A stretch of DNA of 34,931 bases from Candidatus Micrarchaeia archaeon. Lineage in GTDB: Archaea; Micrarchaeota; Micrarchaeia; Micrarchaeales; Micrarchaeaceae. The position numbers and the translations under genes were made by a program. Positions within the stretch are counted from its first letter, which is position 1. Every line of letters begins with the position of its first letter. Below the pieces are notes generated by a model. It was not told the DNA's origin. It was given only the letters and a program-made list of their open reading frames with translations, and ran no database searches. Positions 27,869 to 34,931 of the stretch are shown here, in pieces. The stretch is from positions 1 through 34,931 of the forward strand of contig JBMFWY010000010.1 in the NCBI GenBank assembly GCA_049964795.1. Direction: 5' to 3'.

Positions 27869-28195
27869 TCAAATTTTCCTCGCGTTCTCTATGATCTTTG
27901 AGAACTTCTTAACTCCTAGTATTACATCCTTCACTTTTGGATTCAGCTTGTAGCCAAGGCTGTATCCTATATCTGTCCTTATATGTGTCGGCTGTATGAC
28001 ATTCAAGTCAAGAGATAGCTCCCTTAATGTAAAAATAAGCGTTTTCCTGGTGAACTTCTTTTCGAGCACGGAATAAAGTTCCTTTGTAGTCCTTGGGGAT
28101 TTTATGAGAAGCAGCTCCAAGACTGCATAGTTCGGCCTGCTGAGTGCCTTCCTAAGTGCCCATATGCTGTCCTGCGCCTTTTCTTTCTTCATCAT
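27869..28195 (-). CDS. Small winged-helix transcription regulator (HxlR/ArsR-like)
   Basis: ALS......VL.LL...PRTTKELY.......TRKTL..TLREL followed by a beta-wing; divergent from the pilus operon. Confidence 0.7.
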   Translation of the reverse strand: MMKKEKAQDSIWALRKALSRPNYAVLELLLIKSPRTTKELYSVLEKKFTRKTLIFTLRELSLDLNVIQPTHIRTDIGYSLGYKLNPKVKDVILGVKKFSKIIENARKI

Positions 28196-28386
28196 AATTA
28201 GCTATTATTAAACAAGCTTTATAAATCTTTTTATCTATGTGCATGTTTATCGACGAAGGTATCTCATCATGCATTGCGGTATCACAAAAGGTGCAATCAT
28301 ACAATCGCATCTATCAGATAATTTAGAAACATAAGTATTTAAACTTTTAGTAAGGTAAATAATTGTATATTAAAGTAAATGGTATT

Positions 28387-29898
28387 ATGATTGAAAAGCT
28401 ACAATTCCTGAAATTTTTTAATGCCCGGAAAGCGGAAGGCATGATAGACACCCCTAGCTCTGGTCTTTCCTTCTCAATACTCTTCGATTATCCTGATGCG
28501 CCGGAAAGCTATATGCCCTTCCGTGCTGTCGGAAAGAAAGGCAAGTCCAACCTTTACTCTATAATCGCCCCAAACCTCTCTCACTCGGATCTTGCCCTAC
28601 TTTCTAGGCTTAAGGCTCAGCTTGTCTCCCTGCTAGTGGAAGAGGAAGAAAGGAATCCAGGTATAAACCTGGAGTACGCGAGAAGGGCTTCCCTCGGCAT
28701 GGTTTCAGCTTATTCAACAAGCGAGAGCAAGCAGCTCCTTGCTGAGCTGTTGGCGCATGACACTGCGGGCTACGGCCCTTTCAGCCTCCTGATGGAAGAC
28801 GCAAAGAACATAGAAGAGATAATAGTAAATGATCCATACTCGAGGATATCGATTTACCATTCTTCTTACGGCTATTGCAACACAAATATCCAATTTCGAG
28901 GCGAAAGGGAGTTCCGCTACATGCTGAACAAGATGATAGAGCGGACTGGCAAAGAGCTCAATTCTATAAATCCTGTAATCGACGCACAATTACCGGAAGG
29001 CTCCCGTGTTCACGCTCAAATAAGCCCATATTCTGTAAGGGGCACAAGCGCTTCGATAAGGCTAGCAGGAAACAAAGGACTTGATCTTGTTTCCTTGATC
29101 AGGAAAGGTGCGCTAAGTGCAGAGGAGGCTGCCTATCTGTGGCTTGCAATAGAGTCAGGATCCAATATAATAATAGCAGGTGCGCCTTCTTCAGGAAAAA
29201 CAACCCTGCTTTCCGCACTTTGCACACTGATAGGCAAGGATCACAGGGTAATAACCGTTGAAGAGGACGTAAACGAGATAAAGATAGGTGAATTTCTTCC
29301 AAACAATGTTGCGCTGCAGGGTTCATCCGGCAGACATTCTGTGAAAATTGGAGACCAAGTGATAAACGCGCTGCACCTCAGGCCTGATATGCTTATAGTG
29401 GGAGAAGTAAGGGGGGAAGAAACCAGGGAGGTATTCTTCGGCGCTAATGTAGGCGTGCCTTTTGCGACTACGATGCACAGCAATTCCGATTCTAATTCAT
29501 TGATAAGTCGGCTAACTTCAAAACCAATGAGTGTTGAAATTCAGTCACTTTCGGAGCTAGATCTTGCGGTAATTACCGCACTAAACGAGCGTAATGAAAG
29601 GAAAGTAGAGAAAGTAATAGAATATAAATGGGTCGCAAAGGGCGAATTGGAACCTGGCGACTCAAACACACAAGGATTTCTTGCCCTGGAGGTGTTTGCC
29701 GGAGGAAAGCTCTCGGAAAGCATAAAAGACTCCAAAATTCTGTCAAATTATGCTAGGGTTTCACTGTCAAATTTTGGGACAGCGCTCAAGGAGATGAAAA
29801 GGCGCGCAACTTTCCTTAACAAGCTGGTTTCTAGCGGAGTCGAGGGTGCAGCCGCGATAGAACAGCTAAGAAATTTCGGCGCCGTTTCATGGAAATAA
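28387..29898 (+). CDS. Type IV pilus/secretion ATPase (TadA/CpaF/VirB11 family)
   Basis: GYGP...L......EEI.VN, P.IDA.LPEGSRV, Walker A GAPSSGKTT, LRPDMLIVGEVRGEE, TTMH. Start 28387 or 28441. Confidence 0.93.
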   Translation: MIEKLQFLKFFNARKAEGMIDTPSSGLSFSILFDYPDAPESYMPFRAVGKKGKSNLYSIIAPNLSHSDLALLSRLKAQLVSLLVEEEERNPGINLEYARRASLGMVSAYSTSESKQLLAELLAHDTAGYGPFSLLMEDAKNIEEIIVNDPYSRISIYHSSYGYCNTNIQFRGEREFRYMLNKMIERTGKELNSINPVIDAQLPEGSRVHAQISPYSVRGTSASIRLAGNKGLDLVSLIRKGALSAEEAAYLWLAIESGSNIIIAGAPSSGKTTLLSALCTLIGKDHRVITVEEDVNEIKIGEFLPNNVALQGSSGRHSVKIGDQVINALHLRPDMLIVGEVRGEETREVFFGANVGVPFATTMHSNSDSNSLISRLTSKPMSVEIQSLSELDLAVITALNERNERKVEKVIEYKWVAKGELEPGDSNTQGFLALEVFAGGKLSESIKDSKILSNYARVSLSNFGTALKEMKRRATFLNKLVSSGVEGAAAIEQLRNFGAVSWK

Positions 29899-30629
29899 AA
29901 TCAGCATCAGCGCATGCAATGCCGCGCGCTTTGGTATTCGACATCTCCAGCTACGCTTTTTTCTCCTTGCTGTCAATCCTGTTGGCATCGGTGTTCATAA
30001 GCGGGTATGAGCTTGTGTACTTCTCGGCAATGGCGCTCTCTGTGCTTCTGCTTCTTTCTTATGCTTCAATATCTCTTTCCAAACGGAAAAATTTGCGCGA
30101 CCAGACGCGCTATTCTCTGCAAATATTGCATCGGATGAAGTCGTCCATGCTGCTTTCTGGCTCATTCGCATCATGTATTCCAAGCTATGATAAAAGAGGC
30201 GCACAAAACGCACTGGAATCTGCATTTGCAAAGCTGCACATGAGGATGAAATTTGGGCAGGATTTTGGAGACGCCGCTTTATACCTTGGCAAGGAGGGTA
30301 AGCAGGAGATCTCTGTCTTAGGGCCTCTTTCTGTATCCTACAGGGAAAACATGGATATGTACCTTGCCTTGAAGCACGTATACGATTCGATGTTCAAGGA
30401 AAGAATTGAAAGGATAGAGCATTCTTATGCTTCCTTGCAGAAATACTCTTCAATAAGCATGGTTTCAGGCACAATATTACCCTCTTTCTTCCTTTTTGGA
30501 TTTATTGGATATGCGCTGATGCAGGCAAGCGCAGCTTTTTTGCTTGCATTTGCGGTTGCCTTCCTTCTCGTTTTGCCTGCCTTGTTCTCCCTAGTGCGCA
30601 TTTTCCAGGCTGATAATTATGAAATTTGA
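29889..30629 (+). CDS. Divergent TadB/TadC (T2SSF-like) membrane platform protein
   Basis: Overlaps the ATPase stop; TM-cytoplasmic-TM layout with MKFGQDFGDA resembling the T2SSF G.s..eA motif. Confidence 0.65.
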   Translation: MEIKSASAHAMPRALVFDISSYAFFSLLSILLASVFISGYELVYFSAMALSVLLLLSYASISLSKRKNLRDQTRYSLQILHRMKSSMLLSGSFASCIPSYDKRGAQNALESAFAKLHMRMKFGQDFGDAALYLGKEGKQEISVLGPLSVSYRENMDMYLALKHVYDSMFKERIERIEHSYASLQKYSSISMVSGTILPSFFLFGFIGYALMQASAAFLLAFAVAFLLVLPALFSLVRIFQADNYEI

Positions 30630-31431
30630 AAATTTTTTTGCAAAATTGCGGAATGCAAACTATTTTCTGGCAGCGCAAGCTGCCTTTTCCTTATTTTCAA
30701 TAATCTCACTGCTTCTGTGGAACATAGCTTGCTCCGCAGCATTTGCTTTGGGCTCGCTTATTTTGCTAATTGCAAGTCGCAGGCTTTTCCGCTATGGTGA
30801 TACAGATAAGAGCGCCATGGAAATGCTAGAGAACCTTTTGCCATGTCTCGGTCGATCATCAAATCTCGAATACTGCACTCTTTCATCCTTGCATCCTTCT
30901 TTCCCTTTTTCGCGAAGCCTCCGCAAGGCGTTTGGTGTTTACAAGTATTCCGGAGATACAAGCCGCATAGAGGAGGCAGGCAAAAGCTATGATTCGGAGC
31001 TTCTTCAGGAATCTATGTATGTAATCGCCGAATCGTTACGCACAGGATCTTCAGCTTTTGAAGCGCTTTCTGAAATAAAATCACGCTTCGATGAAGAGAA
31101 AAGAAGCACCCCAAGCATAGGCAGGCTGCAGGGCATGGATTCTGTAACCGCAATAGGAATCCAAATATTCTTCCCAATTTTTGCAGGCATAAGTGCGAAC
31201 ATAATAGGCATTATTTCATATGGTGCATACAGCTTTGTCGTATTGTCGAAATTTTTTGCCTTGGCTGTAGGATTCTACATAGCGCATTCCGCAGCCTCTT
31301 TTTCGAGACATAGTGCAGGCAAAGGAAAAAGCACAATGCAAGTATTTGCAAGCTCACTTTTATCCGTAATGGTCGCGCTGCTTGCATTTAGGTCCAGCAT
31401 GCTTTTAGGCAAAATTATGCTAAGGTGGTAG
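30619..31431 (+). CDS. Second divergent TadC (T2SSF-like) membrane platform protein
   Basis: Overlaps the previous gene; IAESLRTGSS..EALSEI motif; three C-terminal TMs. Confidence 0.7.
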   Translation: MKFENFFAKLRNANYFLAAQAAFSLFSIISLLLWNIACSAAFALGSLILLIASRRLFRYGDTDKSAMEMLENLLPCLGRSSNLEYCTLSSLHPSFPFSRSLRKAFGVYKYSGDTSRIEEAGKSYDSELLQESMYVIAESLRTGSSAFEALSEIKSRFDEEKRSTPSIGRLQGMDSVTAIGIQIFFPIFAGISANIIGIISYGAYSFVVLSKFFALAVGFYIAHSAASFSRHSAGKGKSTMQVFASSLLSVMVALLAFRSSMLLGKIMLRW

Positions 31432-31432
31432 A

Positions 31433-31675
31433 ATGGAAACAGCATATGCAAACGCAAGGGCTTTGTTTTTGCTCTTGCGTGCAAGTAAAGGCCAGGGCTC
31501 CATGGAGTACATAATGATGCTTTCTGCAGTGAGCATCATAATAGTTGTAGCCCTTGCGATGATACTGCAGCTGAAGGGCGTAGCTCTGCACGCATTCTTG
31601 AACAGCTCAAACCAGAGCGTGGCAAATTCGATATCCTCTGAGCTTGTAAATATGACGCAGAGCATAAGCAAGTGA
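31433..31675 (+). CDS. Class III signal peptide pilin (candidate major pilin)
   Basis: KG|QGSMEYIMML followed by a hydrophobic helix; very short mature domain. Confidence 0.88.
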   Translation: METAYANARALFLLLRASKGQGSMEYIMMLSAVSIIIVVALAMILQLKGVALHAFLNSSNQSVANSISSELVNMTQSISK

Positions 31676-31683
31676 GTGGTTGG

Positions 31684-32037
31684 ATGAGGCTGCAGCTTTC
31701 TTTTGAGTTTTTGCTATATCTTGTCGTAGCAAGCATTTCCCTTGCCTCGGCGCTCTCTTTCGGCGTGGCAATCTCATACAAAGAGCATGCAAGCCTCTCC
31801 AATTACAGTGCCGAAGCGCTTGCCTCCCTGATAAATGAGAATTTGGCGCTGCATTCAAGCGTATTCTACGCTTACGTGCCAAAGCAGGCATGCAACTCTT
31901 CCGCTTTTTCTAAGGAGTGGCAGATTTATGCAAATGTAGCATTTACAAAGCAAGTATGCTTGGATTCCGGCAGCATAGAGCGTCTTCGCCTTCAGTATTC
32001 CGGCAATGGCTCTTACATATTGGGCGTTTACCAATGA
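31684..32037 (+). CDS. Pilin-like protein (MRL|QLSFEF)
   Basis: Q-x-S-x-E motif then a hydrophobic helix; one Cys pair. Alternative GTG start at 31672. Confidence 0.78.
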   Translation: MRLQLSFEFLLYLVVASISLASALSFGVAISYKEHASLSNYSAEALASLINENLALHSSVFYAYVPKQACNSSAFSKEWQIYANVAFTKQVCLDSGSIERLRLQYSGNGSYILGVYQ

Positions 32038-32228
32038 AGTTGCAAATCTCTCTTGAGGCTTTGTTATGGCTTTCATCAGGCGCATTTTTTATAGCGCTTG
32101 CAGCTGCGCTTTCCATTCAAATCATTCATGTTCAGAGTGCCTCCTTTTCTGGCATTCTCAAAAATCTTTCGAATTCGCTCAATGCTTCTATTTATCCCTA
32201 TTCCGAGTTCCATATCAAGATAATATAG
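32034..32228 (+). CDS. Small pilin-like protein (MKL|QISLEAL), 64 aa
   Basis: ATGA overlap with the previous stop; Q-x-S-x-E-x-x-x then a hydrophobic helix. The ORF-track start at 31917 is an upstream extension. Confidence 0.78.
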   Translation: MKLQISLEALLWLSSGAFFIALAAALSIQIIHVQSASFSGILKNLSNSLNASIYPYSEFHIKII

Positions 32229-32237
32229 GCGTTTGCA

Positions 32238-32606
32238 ATGATCCACATCAAAAAGAATTTTGCAAAAGGTTTCGCCATAGGCCTTGAATCCCTAGTCGCA
32301 CTTTTGATAGGAATGTCGATGATCACTCTTTTTTTGGCGAAATTCTACATCGGCTATTCAGGCGCGCAGTCCTACTCGGAATATTCCGCAGGCAACCTCG
32401 AGCTGCGCTACCAGCTGCAGCGCTGCATTTACCTCGCGTACTACTCAAATCTTTCCCTGCAAGGGTTCAAATTAGCGCTTTCGGAAAGCGGATTCAATTT
32501 CTCCATAGTGCCTTTTTATCTCATTAACAGCTCAGCAACGGCAGGCGCAAGAGTCGTGCGCCTTATCTCCCTGCAAGGCAAGGCTTATTTTGTGGTGGTT
32601 AGATGA
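32238..32606 (+). CDS. Pilin-like protein (KG|FAIGLE)
   Basis: Basic leader, KG, hydrophobic helix with Glu at +6; operon context. Confidence 0.7.
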   Translation: MIHIKKNFAKGFAIGLESLVALLIGMSMITLFLAKFYIGYSGAQSYSEYSAGNLELRYQLQRCIYLAYYSNLSLQGFKLALSESGFNFSIVPFYLINSSATAGARVVRLISLQGKAYFVVVR

Positions 32607-33928
32607 AAGTGCAGTCTAGTATGGAATTCATGATAATACTCGTCGCGGTCTCGGCTTTTGCAGCATCGGCTCTTGGAATCTATTCAGGTTTTTTCCATAC
32701 GCAACATGCCTCTTTTGAAAACATTCTAAGCGTTGCGGGCAGTAACAAAACCGTTAATTGGCAATTAAACAACGTGCAAAATGCATACATAGAAGTTTAT
32801 GCTCCAGGCATTGCGTACTTGAATGAATCAAGCTCGCTTCAGGTCGCAGTATATGCTGATAATGCGATAATAGAAAGCGCGAGCATGAGTTCTCCCTTTC
32901 TGAGGCATACTCCTTCGGGTTATTCTGGAATAGAAGTTGATGGGGTAAGCATACTTCCTTTCAATATCATGCCAAGCACCGTGGGAGAGGAAAATGCAAC
33001 CGTAAGCGTAGGGCTAGATTATAACGGGAGCATTCATTACTACAACAAAAGCGTGCAGCTCTATTCGATTGTGCAAGGAAGCTCTTTTAACGCCTCCAAA
33101 GCCCGCTCTTCCCTTCTTACGTTTAGCGCTTCGCTATATCCTCATTCAATTTCAGTGCTAAGCAGCATTTCAAAAGGGGCATCTTTGTACAAAATTACGG
33201 AATGGTCGCATTGCAGCTATACCAACTTTTTCCATAACGAACTAAGCATGCAAGCGGAATGTGGAAATGCCAAATGGTACTTCTGGATATTTTCCTCAAG
33301 ATGCTATTACAATTCAGGCAGTGCAACAAGAACTTACTGTATTTATGAAAACCCTTCTGGCGCTTCTACCTATGCAATAGCTCCAAACACCTCTTACAGC
33401 TACAACGTTACCTTGGACCTTTACAATTCCTCATCTGGCGTTTATTTGTCCTCCGAACTATTAAGCTCTAGGCATTCTAATCAGATAGAAAGCATTAACG
33501 GCTCGCAGGTCGGCAATGCAATAGTAGGTGCAAGCATAGCAGCATATGTTCCAAGCCAGTATTACAGCTACTATCTTCTTAACAAGTCGGGCAATTACAC
33601 GGCTGTAAACGAAAGCGCATATTCGCAGTATTTGCAAGCATACAACAACATGAACTATGTGCTAAGCTACTACAACAGCACTGGCATAGATTCAAGCGAG
33701 CTTTCATCCATACAGCAAGCCATAAGCTCATATAACACGCAGTCAGGCATTTTTTATTACTCGAAGCCTGCAGCTTCGCCGTGCAATGTTATTGAATACT
33801 CAGGGAGCTACTGGTACTCATGCAGTGCACTCTCTATGGAATTCGGCAACATTACTGCGTTCCTTGAAACTCTCCCGCACCTTAATTCTTCAGAAGTTTT
33901 TGACGGTTCTAACATCAACGTAAGGTAG
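32603..33928 (+). CDS. Large minor pilin/adhesin-like protein (MKV|QSSMEF)
   Basis: Class III-like N-terminus; S/Y/N-rich beta-type body, 16 N-x-S/T sequons, six Cys. Confidence 0.8.
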   Translation: MKVQSSMEFMIILVAVSAFAASALGIYSGFFHTQHASFENILSVAGSNKTVNWQLNNVQNAYIEVYAPGIAYLNESSSLQVAVYADNAIIESASMSSPFLRHTPSGYSGIEVDGVSILPFNIMPSTVGEENATVSVGLDYNGSIHYYNKSVQLYSIVQGSSFNASKARSSLLTFSASLYPHSISVLSSISKGASLYKITEWSHCSYTNFFHNELSMQAECGNAKWYFWIFSSRCYYNSGSATRTYCIYENPSGASTYAIAPNTSYSYNVTLDLYNSSSGVYLSSELLSSRHSNQIESINGSQVGNAIVGASIAAYVPSQYYSYYLLNKSGNYTAVNESAYSQYLQAYNNMNYVLSYYNSTGIDSSELSSIQQAISSYNTQSGIFYYSKPAASPCNVIEYSGSYWYSCSALSMEFGNITAFLETLPHLNSSEVFDGSNINVR

Positions 33929-33936
33929 GTGCAGCT

Positions 33937-34377
33937 ATGTATATGTCAAGGGCAAAAACCGCAAAATCCGCACCTGTTTTAGGAAAGCCACACAAAGCAA
34001 AAGGACAGTTTGCAATGCTCGAAGTTGCCGTAGCGTCAATTTTGCTGCTTTCATTTGCTGGCATAGTTTCAGCAATATTCCTGTCATATTCCATGCAAGA
34101 AGCTCAACCCTTTACTTTTCTTGGCTTTGATTTTTTTCAAACAGCTTACAGAAATGCTACTTTAAGCTCTTGTGCCTGCTCCCCTTCTCAAGCTTGCATC
34201 CCCTTGCTTGGAAAGATCTCCCAAGCTTATGGGCTTTCTTACCTGAAAATCAGCTCCGGCAGCAGAAGCATAGCTTACGGTTCTGAAGCTTCGTGCCTAA
34301 GCTCTTATTACACTTGTTCCCCTTTCAAGATAAATTCCACTTATCGCGGCGTTTGCATTTTTGCATGCAGTGGTTGA
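33937..34377 (+). CDS. Cys-rich pilin-like protein (KG|QFAMLE)
   Basis: Long basic leader, KGQ, hydrophobic helix; seven Cys; GGTG 5 nt before ATG. Confidence 0.75.
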   Translation: MYMSRAKTAKSAPVLGKPHKAKGQFAMLEVAVASILLLSFAGIVSAIFLSYSMQEAQPFTFLGFDFFQTAYRNATLSSCACSPSQACIPLLGKISQAYGLSYLKISSGSRSIAYGSEASCLSSYYTCSPFKINSTYRGVCIFACSG

Positions 34378-34704
34378 ATGGCTCTCTTCGGTTCTGTTAT
34401 ATACGCTTCAATAATAGTGCTTGTAGCATGCTCTGCTTTGCTAGCACGCTACATCTCTTTCTCTTCCCAGGAATTAAGCTTCTCTTCTTCATACGAGAGC
34501 GTAGTATCTTTGGAGTCCTTTTCGCTTGGCGCGAGCTTTTCAATGCCTTTGCAAAACAGCTCTCCTGCGCAGCTTTCAGAATGGCTTGCGGCAATCAATG
34601 CTTCGGCAGAAGCTGACAATTTAGAAGTGCGCATAAGCAACAGCATATTGATAGCAAAAAGCGCAATATATCCTGGGGCCTATACAGCAATAAAGCTAAA
34701 TTAG
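34378..34704 (+). CDS. N-terminally anchored small protein, last gene of the pilus operon
   Basis: Starts 1 nt after the previous stop; one N-terminal hydrophobic helix without a basic leader. Confidence 0.7.
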   Translation: MALFGSVIYASIIVLVACSALLARYISFSSQELSFSSSYESVVSLESFSLGASFSMPLQNSSPAQLSEWLAAINASAEADNLEVRISNSILIAKSAIYPGAYTAIKLN

Positions 34705-34733
34705 TTTTTGTAGCAAGATTACACGCAACGCAT

Positions 34734-34805
34734 GGCCTTAGTGGTGTAATGGCCGCACGGAGGACTGTGGATCCTCAAGACCGGGTCCGATTCCCGGCTA
34801 AGGCC
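34734..34805 (+). tRNA. tRNA-His(GUG) with genome-encoded G-1
   Basis: G-1 at 34734, acceptor GCCTTAG/CTAAGGC, C73, anticodon arm GAGGA-CTGTGGA-TCCTC (GTG at 34767-34769), T stem CCGGG/CCCGG; T5 tract follows. Confidence 0.92.
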
Positions 34806-34852
34806 TTTTTGGAAAAATATTTAATCTTTTTTGATAGTTCAATACGACCTGC

Positions 34853-34931
34853 ATGCATAAGCAAAGAAAGCTGAATGCAAAAGCCCCGTCCGCAACGGAG
34901 TACCTCATGATCTACGGCTGGGCAATTCTTA
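34853..34931 (+). CDS. 5' end of another class III signal peptide (pilin-like) ORF, truncated by the window edge
   Basis: Hand translation MHKQRKLNAKAPSATEYLMIYGWAIL resembles the KAQSAMEYLMTYGWAIL signal typical of DPANN pilin-like proteins. Confidence 0.75.
   Translation, partial: MHKQRKLNAKAPSATEYLMIYGWAIL

Noticed and set aside
28387-34805. Pilus operon as a tRNA-His-integrated island or archaellum locus
   Set aside because: No integrase, no duplicated tRNA 3' end seen in the window, and no archaellin or ArlH-type genes.
1-34931. CRISPR arrays, rRNA, SRP/RNase P RNA, and the many antisense or nested ORFs in the track
   Set aside because: No regularly spaced repeats or diagnostic RNA motifs were found. 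The nested ORFs are shadows of well-supported genes and lack motifs.

Overview
This is a gene-dense archaeal chromosomal segment, most likely Ca. Micrarchaeota (DPANN). That is inferred from the T-loop BHB tRNA intron, the EYLM.YGWAIL-type class III signal peptide, archaeal-type aaRSs, PolB and ligase, and GGTG ribosome-binding motifs. Housekeeping genes: tyrS, leuS, argS, class II RNR (nrdJ), map, polB, ychF, a Sec61beta/secG missed by the ORF track, nnr, ATP-dependent DNA ligase, an APC permease and hydrolases. Three tRNAs: Arg-CCU with a 32-nt intron at 59/60, Glu-CUC, and His-GUG with encoded G-1 and an unusual C55. Accessory content: an orphan b6-type cytochrome b with a large extracytoplasmic domain coupled to a 7-TM gene; a CxxC-less DsbA-like surface protein; and a tightly coupled type IV pilus-like operon (ATPase, two platform proteins, seven pilin-like ORFs, several with non-canonical L/V at -1) facing a divergent wHTH regulator. 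The least explained signals are three intergenic segments that fold into closed RNA-like structures (133-229, 9996-10095, 25705-25847). The two upstream of polB and lig share a GCGGCGT-N20-CATAAACA motif with different 20-nt interiors. No CRISPR array, rRNA or intact mobile element is seen. All structures were paired by eye and need computational and experimental confirmation.
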